From assembly GCA_964658305.1 (NCBI GenBank), contig OZ210885.1, positions 8,618,001 through 8,682,000 of the forward strand: a DNA stretch of 64,000 bases, written 5' to 3'. The translations under genes were made by a program, and so were the position numbers. This DNA comes from Leptogorgia sarmentosa. Taxonomy: Eukaryota. Below the pieces are notes generated by a model. It did not search any database. It was given only the letters and a program-made list of their open reading frames with translations, and had not been told where the DNA came from. Shown here piece by piece: positions 10,310 to 23,200 of the stretch. Within the stretch, counting starts at the first letter, position 1. Each line of letters starts with the position of its first letter.

Positions 10310-11815
10310 CTGCAGGTTCGCTGGTAAATAACATAAAATATATATCCCTACCTAAATATTTATATCCCTACCTTGAAATTACAAATATTTGAAGATACTT
10401 TTGCCTGTTGTATTTACCTTATTTTAGTAGTGATTCCAGTCATTCACTACAGGTGAACCAAACACAAATTCGTTTTCATTAATTTTGTCGCTGAAATCGC
10501 CGTAAATGCCATCCTTTGCAACTTCAAAAATTTTCTGGGGAAGAATACCCCCATAGCGTGTGACCTGCACAAGCACAAGCAGCTTAAAACACTACATAGG
10601 CATGTCAGCAAGCAAATTTAAAGAATGATATGGAAACCACATTAAGTCTTTTAACCACAAAAGTTACTCAAATGAAACAAAACTTTCGAAATATATTTGG
10701 GGACTAAAAGATAATAAGATAGATTTCGACATTAATTAATACGTGGTCAATAATTGAACAGTGTATTTCGTATACGGGATATACATTTCACCACTTCTAA
10801 AAACCTGGGAAGATTTTTTCATGATACGAAGATAGACTAATTCAGTAATGTAATATTGGCCAGTTTTTGAAAAGCTTCGGAAATATATCTTTCACGTGAT
10901 ATGATGATACGAAGTCGGACTATAATTACGTATCGTAATATACATTGTAGGTAAAACAGTATTATGTCAATGGACATAAAAACAAAACGCAAATGTGTCG
11001 ATAGATAATCAGCAAGTAGCAAGGGCCGAAGTCCCTGCATCTGTGAGCTGTCAAACTTGGCACTATATTTATCTAACTAAGCCAAAGATAATGCAAAGCG
11101 ACAGGGATTATAAATACGAGTTGTAAAATGAAATAATGTTGGATCTGAGTTTTCGGGACACTGTATGGACTGATCACTGCATACATACATACAAACTGCT
11201 AGTAAATACACATTGTCTGAATGAACATGCCAAATATTTCTGAAACGAACATGCCACCTTTGCGTCTCCCTTTTGACACAACCAACCGAAGCGCATTCCA
11301 GTCTCCTTCTGATCTCTATGTGTGTCTGCTGTCTACCATTTCCGCACTCACGCACCGGTCGTGAAAGAGTGCTACCAGGCAACTAGGTGAGTGAGCTCAT
11401 GATAAAATCAGTAAAAAGAAAGTTCGCCGGCAACGTCGTCTCCCTGGCGATATAACAACCACGTCGGTTTCAACCAGTGATGTTTGTTCAGATCCCGCGC
11501 GCTAAATTCTTCGCATTAAGATTATCACTAAAAAACGTTTTAAAAAATAATGACAATAAGATTGTTATAAAACTACTTATTTGTTGTAGCATCTGTGAAG
11601 CAATGTATAGTTTTAGTTGATTGAGTCATTCCATCAAAGAACAAAGCTAGTGTTAAAAACTTTGAAGACGTGAAATCACGCATGCGCTATTAACTGAAAA
11701 TTGAATATTACCTTCCGGGCGGTCGCGTCCCGTAATCTTAAGCTCGCTTTATACTGTTAAAATAAGGCTCGGAATAGCAAGTAAATCGCCTCCGGGCGAA
11801 GACTTAAAAAAGGAA

Positions 11816-11896
11816 ACTTGAAGAATCGAAGAATCGAAGACTTGAAGAATCGAAGAATCGAAGACTTGAAGAATCGAAGAATCGAAGACTTGAAGA
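11816..11896. repeat. 24-bp minisatellite x3.3 built from 8-mers
   Basis: (ACTTGAAGAATCGAAGAATCGAAG)n. Confidence 0.9.
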
Positions 11897-14134
11897 AGTG
11901 TTGTGAATTCCTTCCGTGTTTCTGCGTGGTGATGCCAAGTGTTGTAAATTCCGTATGTGTTCGCTATTCGTTCGTGCATCGTTTGGCCTTGATTTTGGCA
12001 GCAGTACTCTTCGTGTTCGTGCCTGTTTGCGGGGCCCTCTAGGGGGTAACGCTAAGGCGGTGGTCTTTATTTCCAACCTTGCTGCGTGCTTCTGTTGTCA
12101 GGTTGAGGTGCTTGACTGAAACCTGACGTCTCAGTTCTTCTTATCTTTTGTCCGTGTTTTGAGAAATTAGATCCTCGTTTGCCACGCATAGTGTGGGCCA
12201 TAGCGTACGCAGTTAACAGTTAATAAGTTGTTTCGAGACTGGGATCTCGTTTAAGCTTACATTAGGAGTAATACATTCTTGTTGAGGTGCACACAGTTTT
12301 TTCAGTATTAAAAGTTAGTGGTTTTTATTTCGAGACTGGAATCTAGTTTAAGCTTACTTTAGGTGACTTAAGCCGATTTTCCACTTGCGAATTTTGCCGC
12401 GCGAAGCGAATTTTTTCGCTCACGCGCATGCGTGTTCATAAATGTTATGTCGCGATAAAATTCGCCAACCGTTCGCTACGGCGAAAAAAGGAGTTCGAAT
12501 GATTCCTACTCGTTCGCACTTTTTCGCGGCGAAAAAAGTCGCGACTTTAAAAAATATATTTCAAAATTGCTCTTCAGTGATATATTCAGCATATCCAAAA
12601 TCTTTTCTTACACTTTGTACGTCGATTTTCAAGGTCGTCGGATCAGCAGCAATCTTAGCAAGTTATTTCGGAGCAAGAAGAGTCACCTGCGACTCAATGC
12701 TGCCATTTTGTTTTGTAGCTTCCGCACTTAGCTATGGAAAACAATGAGTTATTCGCGCGAACTATTTTGGCAAGCAAAACCGGCTTTACGCGGATATGAA
12801 CGTGAGGAAGACTGTTTTTATTCTGGGTCATGAGATTGATGAGAATGATTTTCACATTGATGTGCAAGAATCCATGAAGATTTGTACATCCGCTTCATCT
12901 TTGTTTCCTTCTATGAAACTCTTTAATCTGGCGGGCTCATGAAAACTTATAATTTTTCGAATTAATGAGTCGTAGGTAACGAGGATCTGTTATTAAGCAG
13001 GTTTATCAATATTTTGGGCAGATTTTTAGATTTAAATTGAAACACTGCTCAGTTTATGTTACACGGGATGATTTCCAACGAGGCAACGACGGTTCTCAAT
13101 GCAAATGAAGTTGCACGAGGCAGCCCGTTGAGGTGCGAATTGTCGTTGAAGATCGTTTTGTGTGACATCGACTCAGTTTACACAATGAATTTCTTGCAAC
13201 TTGCAGTGCAATTCTGTTGAGAGAACTTAGCAAATAGCATCTTTATTATTTTTGCTAATGTATTCTTCATAAATCAATACTAATTAAAACCTCTCAAATG
13301 TAGAATTATGTGATAAGAAATGTTGGGCGGTGTGACAGGATCTTATCAACACCTTTATACTTGAAACAACAAAGTTTGAAACAACAAACCTGCTGTTGCA
13401 TGTCCATTTACTTGTGACATTTACTGCATTCTAGTTATCGTGTTTACAAGATTGCCCGTTTTTTGACCATAGGAGGTACGATTTCCTGGCAACCATGGCA
13501 ACAGTGATTTCAACAAACATATTTTTGTGGTCAGTGTACCTTACCTGACAACATAGTATGAGTGCCATGCCAAAAAAGTATCGGAAAGTTTTGTTTTAAG
13601 TATTGGACCCCCTTAACTGAATATACAAAAACTCAAAATTAAATAAATATCTAAAGTAAATATCAAAGTCTAAATAACGAAATGCTCATATAAAATAAAA
13701 AACACAATCGTATTGTACGATATTTCATACGAGTAAATTGTAATTAACTGAAACAATATATACAAATGTTGATAGTAAAGAACATAAAACTCTTTTATCC
13801 TCCATTGTTGAAGTTACTGTTGCAAACATGTGTGAGTGTCTAAAGAACATAAGAAAATCCCCTTATGAGCAAATTCTGACCAGTCAAAATGAATTCCTGC
13901 TCGATATTTAGCAACAGAAAAGGAATGCTAGTCTTGTTGTATTTCTCTTAGTAAACCTATATTGATAAGTTCCAAAGCGACTGTAATCACAATGGATTCA
14001 GTAATACTGACAAACGTACGAACCTACTTTGTTAGATGAAACACGTGTGGAATGTGCTTTTGCTATCAAGAACACAAAGGTGCCCACAACTTCAATGATA
14101 CTTTTATCATGGGTTCAGAGGTGTGCATGTATCA

Positions 14135-14425
14135 TTACGGTGGTAGAGCTTTTTAAGCTAGTAGTCCTAGGTTATGGAATAAATTACCTGGCTCTATCAG
14201 CGATTGTACGTCCGTTATTTCTAAATTAAAGAGTAAGCTTAGACTCACATGGCATGTTTAAATTAGCCTATGATTTATGGATGTATATAAGTTTATAAGA
14301 ATATTTATAAGTAATGAGTATGAAATTTGTCATATTGTATTGTTGTAAATTGCTATATTAATGAATCTAAAGCGCTTAGATCTATGTGTTATAAGCGCTA
14401 TATAAACTTGTGTGATAATAATAAT
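14135..14425 (+). mobile_element. L2/CR1-type LINE 3' fragment
   Basis: Frameshifted YGGRAF..SPRLWNKLP...KSKL..H.FKLAY, followed by AAGCGCTTAGA...AAGCGCTATATAA and an (AAT)n tail. Confidence 0.6.
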
Positions 14426-14719
14426 AAATTAATGATAGAACATTTCCAGGGGTCAATGGAATTGTTTTTTGTTTGAATTGTTTGAATTTTCGGGTCGCTA
14501 AGCGACCTACCCCTAATGGTAGGGGGCTGTAGGTTCCTTTCGAACAAAATGGGAGCGGGGGGAGGCGGGTTAGTTTGAAGGAACACATGGTGTATTTTCC
14601 ATATATCGCCTTAGCTGACACGACTTTGATTAAAAGCGCTTTTGAGGAGTTTCTGTCCAATAATGGCCGAGAAAATGTGTTGAGAGTGACACATCCTGTG
14701 ATATTTAACCCAGCGTTTT

Positions 14720-15010
14720 AGTTTGTGTATTTGTGCACACCTGTTTCTTTTGAAACTTCAAAGAACAAAACTCTTAATGATCTAGTTTGGGCCTATCGTG
14801 GCTTTTTGAGGAGGTCATTGCCCAGGATGGAACGGGTCCGCAACGTGTCTAACGACGCGTCTTGCCATAACATCATTTCGTCCTTCGCGACCGAATCTAT
14901 CTCGTAGAGAAGGCGATAGACTCTTCGGATGGGCTCCTTGCAATCGCTCTTGTTCATCCTCTGGAACACGTGATCAGCCTGTGTCATTTGTCCAGTGTTG
15001 GCAATAAGGG
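14720..15010 (-). mobile_element. Possible L1/Tx1-type LINE C-terminal (zf-RVT-like) remnant
   Basis: CKEPIRRVYRLLYEIDSVAK...LW...ILG resembles a decayed C..ET..HLLY.C..V..LW motif. Confidence 0.4.
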
Positions 15011-15139
15011 AGGTCACATCCCACCAAAACAATTCACATGCAACAATTTAACAAATGTAAGTCCGTTACGGCAACACATAATAGGTAGCAAATTGGCATA
15101 GCTTTGCTGTCAATTTCTTTATGAAAGCTTTTCAAACTA

Positions 15140-15383
15140 AGGGGGTGGACAAAAAAAAGTGGCCCCCAGAACAATTCGGTTTTTACTGAAAAACATCTCT
15201 CTCAAGTAATCGGGAATGCAGAACCGCGTTTGGTTTGAATACGACCTAAGCAAATTTATAAATCTTTCAACCTAAGCAAATTTAAATCTGAAAATTTAAA
15301 TCCTCTTTAAATCTGCAAAGTTGTGGAGCTTGCCGCTTATAAACCGAATTGTTCTGGGGGCCACTTTTTTTTGTCCACCCCCG
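15140..15383. mobile_element. Tc1/mariner-type MITE
   Basis: ~42-bp TIRs GGGGGTGGACAAAAAAAAGTGGCCCCCAGAACAATTCGGTTT; TA on both sides. Confidence 0.85.
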
Positions 15384-15944
15384 TATATCAGTATAATTGT
15401 TGCCGAGGATTGATATTCACGTTTTTAAAATGGATCCTTCGTTCGTCTGTTCTGTCTGATCCACCCTTCCACAAATGTTGTTAAAGTTCGGCTCCCTAAG
15501 CGGCTATGAATATTAGTTAAAAATATTCCTACATTTAACTAAATAGTTGCGTGTAAATTAATATATAAATTTCATAGATATAAATATAATTATTAATACG
15601 TTTTATGAATTAAGTAATTCGCACTTGAAAACTGCGACTTTCTTTGTATGGGTTTTGACAATGTTGATTAGTACTTCCATCTCTTGAGCAACCTTCTCTG
15701 GGTTTTCATGTGCCAAGTCATTGGCTTGCTTTTGCTCCACTGTACGAGTGACATACTGGGTTTTTTTTCTGGCTGCTCTTGTACTCAAAGCGGTTGTACT
15801 CAGATTTTAGGTATAGCACAAAAAATGAGAAAAGTGACGTTTTAGTGGAATAACAAATACTGACACTGCTAAGCTTTTTAGACTACATAATTATAACAGG
15901 TCATTAGAAAATGTGTAAATTAAGCCTTCCTAAAGTTAATTTCA

Positions 15945-16900
15945 GTCTTCGGCTGTCGTTTCTTCTTTTCTTTTTGCATCCATGCAATATGGGCTCTACA
16001 TGAAGATTCATCTTCCCCATCGACTCAAGGAGGTGCCCAGTTCACAGTACCTCTCCGGACAACAGCCCTCAGTTTTTCTCCATTCTATGCCCATCTGCAT
16101 TCTTCCTTTTTCTCGCAAGAACAATGGGATCATTTCTCTCGTTTCGGAGCTCATTTTTAATCTTATCTCCAAGATATCTATATCAAATTTCCTGAAAAAA
16201 TATGATATATTTAATACCTATAGTAATAGATAAAACTCTATACCTAAATACTTGATTTAAAGTCAAGATTGTAATTTACAAATACAAAATAAAATATTCA
16301 CATAACCCCTGCAAGAAAGGGGTATTTAGTGATGATCGCACGGGAAATATCACGTCTTTGGTCAGGAGTAGGAGAACTATAAAAAAAAACATAGGAAAAT
16401 ACGGCTCTAATATTTTATCAACCTGTAATGTTTGATCAGATGTGACATTTCATTACAATTTGCAAGGATGGATGTTAATTGGTTCATAGGATATCCACAG
16501 AGAAATAGTAAACCTTGAAAGGTTTGTAGAAATTCAAGGACTACAAATATTAAATGTGATAGCCAACTTTCCAAAAACCATAGTCCATAAAACGAGCAAG
16601 GTGAACTTACATAGTAAACAAGCAAATCCTGTCATATATTGCCTGCACAAACTTGCACCGTACTTGCTTGGTTATGTTGAGTTTACTTTCAAGTGTTTCC
16701 TGAACTATTGGCGGGAAAGAAGAATCATCCTGCCAGCTTATGGGATTTGAATAAGAGGAAGAGATGGAAATTTCACTGGGAGAATGAGATGACGTTGAGT
16801 TGTCATGCATTCCTCTGATAGCCTTCAATAAGTTCAGTCTTGTGTCATTCCTGGTGACGAAATACTGCAAGGCATTTTCAGTGGGACAAGACATGACTTT
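15945..16900 (-). pseudogene. Decayed spliced fragments of a SAMD3-like (transposon-associated) gene
   Basis: ORF 16607..16894 ends at a GTAAGT donor; a downstream exon reads NWAPP*VDGEDESSCRAHIAWMQKEKKKRQP, resembling the GED..S...H...M..E.KK..P motif recalled for this family. Confidence 0.45.
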
Positions 16901-17133
16901 ACCATCAATACCTTCGTCTGTTTAAAATATAACAAAAAAACCCATAACTTTCCTACAAGCTCTAAATGATAATACATGAACAATATATTAAATGAAAAAT
17001 ATAACATCACACCAGCCTGTAATAAATAAAATGTCGACAGACGCAACACAACAATACATACCATAAAATGTCTCAAATGGGTTCTGTGTTTTTTTGTCAA
17101 CAATATAATTATATGGTATTGCATAGGTTTTAC

Positions 17134-17546
17134 TTTCTTGAGAATGTCCAAATGAACCAAAATAGCGTGAAAAATAATTACATATTTGTTCTTGTTTCTC
17201 GCCAGCAATTGTCCATTTGCAGATATACAGGCGATAAGGTATATTGTTCATTCTCAATAAGACCCGTTATAGTAAATCATTGATAGTGAGGGTACTATCA
17301 TGGGGCCATTGTTGGTGCTAGTCTAAATACCCAATCGGCTCTCTTCCATGGTTTAGAACGCCAGTCAGATGGGTTTTTAACTTCCATGCACTTGAATAAG
17401 ATTTCATTAAATTGATGAGTTTTTGGTATCATAAGCTTCATTTCTCCATGCCATCAATAATCATGTAAACAATCTCACGTGGTTCTCCATCCCATCTCTT
17501 CTGCTTCGCTTTATTTCTATGTTTGTAATACTTTTCACGTTCTTCT
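17134..17546 (-). mobile_element. Degenerate Sola-like DDE transposase exon
   Basis: Read across stops and frameshifts: EREKYYKHR...MIIDGM...KLKTHLTGVLNHG...QWPHDSTLTI...LYLQMDNCWRE.KNKYV...ILVHLDILKK. Confidence 0.65.
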
Positions 17547-17619
17547 CTGTAAAGTACCATAACACCAAATGAATATTATTTTACAATGTATGTATGGTAG
17601 ATATAACAAACTCTAATAT

Positions 17620-20256
17620 TTAACCATGCGCAAAGTCAGCACCGAGCTCGTCTTTTGTACCGACAGTGCACGTGATGCGAGTTATAACAGGAAAATGATT
17701 ATCTCATACGAACATATGATTGAAACTTTAACACTTTCTATCATATCAGCAACTTTCCAATAAAGAATATCGAATGGTTTTCCGTACAGGATTGCGTCAT
17801 CAATGCACGTGGGATGTGGCGACTTTCGGAAAGCGTAAAAAATCACGGGCCGCAGGCGAGTCACTTTCCGAAACTCAAGCCACATCCCAAATGTATGAAT
17901 AACGCTATCCTGCACGGAAAAATCATTTGGTAATTGTTTTATAAAATAACTACAGTGAAACAACGGATAACGTTAATTTCTTTTCCATAAATACGAAAAC
18001 CCTTGTTTGTTGTTTTCGATAGCAATTTGTGTTACTCTCAAATTTTCGTATTTTACTTTAATTTATTGGCGACATTTTAAAAATCCCGTGACTCGTGAGC
18101 ATTATGCTCGTGAGTAAGCATTCAGAATTTTCCAAGCAGGATACTGTGCAGGATTGTCTGATCCTGCAGCACTATTGACCAATCAAATTGTGTGTTTCAC
18201 TGTAGTTATTATGTAACAGCCTTTCACGGCCGAAAACAATTTACTCGATAAGCGTGGTGACGTTATAACGTGCTCAATAATAGCAGAACTGAGTCATTAG
18301 ACATTCGAAATATTTTCTTGTCAACAGAGATAACTTTTCTCATATGAAGAGTCCCTTAGTCTGCAAACAAACTTATAAGGATCGATGGTCCAATGTTCTA
18401 TCTGTAAGACACTGCTGAAATGAAAAGATTTTAGAAAATATGACTAAGAGATAATGACGTCTGAAGTTCAGGAAGCTTTGCTGATAATGCTGTAAATGTG
18501 ACGACCATTGCAAACATCATTGGTAATTTTACTTTTATTGACAAATATTCTATAATAATTCGATATTGTAAACCAGCAAATACAACTAAAAATCTACACT
18601 AAAGTTGAAACAAAATAATTTTCAAATCTACAGTTGCCTCTTATATTAACAATGAAAGCGAATTGCTAAACATTTGCAGATACAATTTTCACTGTTTAAT
18701 TTATTCAGTGACAGTGACACACAGCTAATTCCTGCGGGAGCGAGAGATCGAAGTGAGACGGAAAATTTTAGTGGCAAACTATTTTGACTATCTTATACGT
18801 TTACTATACCGTCATTGAGAATTAAGAGAAAATTCTTAGCGTGACGTTTTCTCGATAAATATTTACTGCATGGACTGAGTAAGAATGTTTGTAGTAAGAC
18901 AGGTGAATTCAAAACACGCAGAGTGCCACTAAAATATTTTCCCTTCCACCAATTATGAAAGTTATACAGCAATATAATACTTAATGTAAGCGATCTTTGA
19001 TTCGTACACCTAAATGACCTCATCAAAGAGGTAGAGTTAAGGTTCTGAAATGGAAGTTTCCGGCGATCTCGAGGTATTAAATGTTCACAATTTTCTGATT
19101 TATCGCAAACCATGGTGACGCCTTGTGAGAAGTTGGGTGCTTACAAATAATCTGAAAACGTTCCTATACCTTTTCTCATGGAGTACTTGTAGGAACGTAC
19201 TTGTAAGAAGGATGCAGAAACGTTTTCAACTCCAAAAAAATCAAAACCCACACCCTCGGTTTGGGAATGTATTGTCGTTCTTGTATTCTACACATTGTGC
19301 CTATTACGTAGTAATAATAACGTTTAATATTCATTTCAGACGATGTTGCAATTCCTCTTAAGTCTTCAACCTTTCGTTTGGAGTTGTTTTGAATGCGAGG
19401 ATAACTTATTAAGACGAAGGAAGCAGAGCCGACCTCCTTCCAGGCCAACACAAACCATTCCATTTGAGCCACATGCAATGGCGCGAACATCCCGATCGAA
19501 ATGAAACTCTTCAACACACTCTCCATTTGGTAGGTTCCACAGTTTCAGCGTATTGTCATAATCCGAGCATGACAACAGTGATTCACTTCCAGGCGCTAAT
19601 GCCAACGCTCTGATCCAGCCAGCATTTTTCATTGGAAATCTATAGAGAACCTTTCCAGTAATGAAGTCCTCAATCACCAAAGAACCATGACCTAAAAGTG
19701 TGGTTTAAAATTTTTAAATATGTTAAAGCAATGTTACACGAGGCAATTTTTGCGATCAAGTTTGGATTGATTGCCATGTTTTATAAATTGGTTGTTGCGA
19801 ACGAAAGATTTTGATCGCATTGCATACACAATGTTCTTCTTTCCCAAGGCAATTTTTGGTATATTAAATTGGATGTACAACCATTTTATCGAAGCGCATT
19901 TTCACTCGAATAATTTTTTGGCATCACTTGAGCCGATTTTGGATTGTTTGCCGTGTTATCTAACAGCTACGTTATACAGAATAATTATTTTGCCAATATT
20001 TGTGACGCAATTTTGGCTTCATAATGATTTATGTTGCAGGTATGTTACCCAAAGGAATTTGTCGCAACTGGCAATTAAATTTCAAGTAATGAGCTGCCTC
20101 TTCAACAGTCGCTTTTATGCTTTCATTAGAAATTAGTAATAGGTGCAGGCGTAAATTTAGGGATGCGCATCTTGACACCTTGGTAGTCTTGACACCTCAA
20201 CTTTCCCGCAAGTGTCAAAACTGCCCGCGCATATCTCACTTGGAGCCCGCACAAAT
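17620..20256. repeat. Right arm of inverted segmental duplication (probably extends further right, with its partner outside the window)
   Basis: For example TAACCATGCGCAAAGTCAGCACCGAGCTCG at 17621 is the reverse complement of 3435-3464. Confidence 0.93.
19366..19691 (-). CDS. Terminal WD40 exon
   Basis: Acceptor CTTTTAG|GTCATGG; LLSCSDYDNTLKLWNL...VCVGLEGGRLCFLRL; TGA stop. Confidence 0.9.
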
Positions 20257-23200
20257 TCCTAATTTCAATTAAAAGCATAAAGCGCCTGTGGGGAGGTAGG
20301 GTCCAGAGGTCACGTTATATAAGTTGCTGTCTCAGAAATTGTTCACGTATACCGCTACTACACTCGCTTTTCACAATTCTTTACATAACATATTAATTAG
20401 GTAATATTAGTAGAGTAAACAGATAATTATCTGCAAATATTTTCAGCGAGTCTCGTCTAAATGACATAGCTTTAAATCCGACGTTTCGTAACATGCAGCT
20501 AAAACTGCCTGATCTAAGGGTCAATTAGTCAGGGAATATTGCTGACCCATATAGCCGATGTGGAAACATGCCTATCTATCAGGTGATCTCAATACACGAA
20601 GAATGACTGGGACTAGATGTCGCGTAGCATACATTTTTCGATTGAAACAAATGAATTTCTGCTATTTCGATTCCATATTTTCGTATGCTATAGTTCTCGT
20701 AACTAAACATAATTACGAAATTTCAACTAGATTCATACAGAACAACGGAAGATATAATCGAGTGAATATAGCGAAATGGATTTCTATTCGGACAACTCTT
20801 TTTGAGTGCTGACTGGCTAAGACACGAACTACTGAGCCAAAGAAAGACTGCAGGGAGTGCTCGTATCAATTTTCTCATAAAGGAGTGAGGCTTAATTGCA
20901 GGATTCGCATAATCCAGTGTTTCTCAGATCAGTGGGTGGTCTATCCACGACAGGTCTTCCAACTTGCCTTGGGTTTTCATTTTCCCGGGTGAAAATTGCA
21001 GGGTGGACTTAGTACCCTCGCCAGGCCTTACGCTCGTACGCTCGGGGAAAATACATACCGAAGCGGTGGGTAATGCTCAAAGTTTCCGTGCGAATACTTG
21101 TTAGATAACATAGTTGCAAGTCAAACTGGTAATGCACGTGGTGTTTCGTGAGGTTAAGCCTACTGGAATGCGGTATATTCGCACGGGAGGTTTCGCATTC
21201 GGAGGTTCAAAATGCATCATATTCGCATGTTACTTCCATTGCTTGGATAACTTCTTGTTGGTTTGAAAAGACTCGTGTCTAGGCAGTTGTGCAGTGGACG
21301 GGGAAACAAGGGCGTGGACGGAATGTCGGAGAGTAAGGCTGTGCTGATACTAGAAGAATTGCGCAACCACACGTTGTTGCAATTGAGATTAAAAAATGAA
21401 ATAAATTACCTATAATAGCCACATGGCTGCCAGAATTGTTCACCCTTAAAACTCTTCTTGTAAATAAAGTAGAATCCTCGTCGCCCCACACTTTGTTCAG
21501 TTTCCACTTTATGACCGACGTTTTCTCTTCAGCTCCATTTTCAACTCCCCTCTTGTAAGAACTAACACCAAAGAGGAAGTGCTGGGCCACGCGAATTGTT
21601 TCAATTCTATCACTCGCACCTGATATGTAAGGATGCACAAATCCTTTGGCATTCACCCGCGCACCCTGTCAAAATAATAATTTACTGCTTAATACAACAT
21701 CGTTGCATTGGTTATTTTCTCAGCAAAATAAGATGAACGTCTTCCGATTGTTAACACTAATTATTAATATGTATTTTAAATTAAAAAATTCCGATGCGGA
21801 GTGCTAAGTTTGTTTGCTTCGTTGCGTGAAACTGCTTCAAACGTAACAGAGTAATTGGAAAAATTACCTTCAGAATTGGAATTGTTGAATTTAATTTAAA
21901 CACGCAGTATTAGTGACTGAAGGCAAGCGCGCAAATCGTCGGGGGGGGGGGGGGGGGGGGGGTGCAGGAAACATTGAGTTTAAATGTAAATGAAGTATGG
22001 CGTTTCCCAATTATCGTATCAGCATTTAGCAGTTATGTTTCGTAAATTTATGCTTCTAAATTACTGTAATATGTGCGAAGCACGAGTGGTATTCCAACAA
22101 ACATATATTCAATTAATACTGCGTTTTTTGGTTGTTTTTAAAATCAACGCCGGCTCGGAACGGTGTAATTAATAAAAATTGTTACTACACGCCTGTGTAA
22201 TTAATGTTTAATTCGTACAATTCTTGAAAGTTTTGACAATCAACGGAATTGACCATAATGATACAAAAACAAGAATTAACTGTATTCACAATGTTGATAT
22301 GTACTATCCTCTTTTCAAATGGTTTATTACGCACCGGTTAACTTGTTACACATGCAAAAAGGATACAGTTGCATTGGTGTTTACTTCAGTTAAATATGAT
22401 GCGTTGAATTATATAATTCGCTCCATAATTTACGTCTTGGTATATCTATTTTCCCAGTAAATTGCTGTAACATGTTAGATTTTAGATTAGCTTTTGTGTC
22501 CGCCGTACGAATTTTCCTCCTTCTATTCAGACATTTTTTTTTGTCATACCCTTTCCTTTTTCTATATGATTCAAATATAAATATTTTTGTTTATTCAGTC
22601 AAATCTTGTTATTTTTCTCTTACTTTGTTTTTAAACTTAGCTCGGGAAGGCATGCGCCGCCGTTTTTCCTGCTTGTGGATCAAACTTTACGTTATACAAG
22701 ATTTATTTTCTTTTTGTAAGAATTATTTCTTTGTCAAACTTGCAGATGGTTGAAATTTTTGTAGGTGTAAAGCAGTTTATAATATTCCAGTAATTTGACT
22801 AAAAGTGCTTGGTGGCTTTTAGTGCTACATTTATTGGATGAAATTGATTCCGAACACACAGGTCATGCATAAGGCGTTGTTTCTACAGGGTGTATCAAAA
22901 AAAAGTTTACTCGCGAAAAATGTCTTTTAGGCCGAAGCGCACGCACCCCATTGCAAACCATTGGTATATCTAAGTAGTTTGAGCCCTTCGGATACATCCT
23001 ACACTAAACGTTTGCAGAAAACGACCATTTTACGACTACGAAAAGTGTTATACAAAGCCGTAGTAAACATGGCTTGCGCGAAAAAATGTGAGGCGGAAAA
23101 TGCAATTTGATTTGACAGCCTAAATCTATCGAACAAGTTTCATAAGTTATTCAAGTTTTGAGAAATTTGGTGCACGCTGAGACGAACGTGCGATGTCCAA

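Noticed and set aside
11816..11896. CRISPR-like repeat array
   Set aside because: Head-to-tail repeats with no unique spacers, eukaryotic context, no cas genes.
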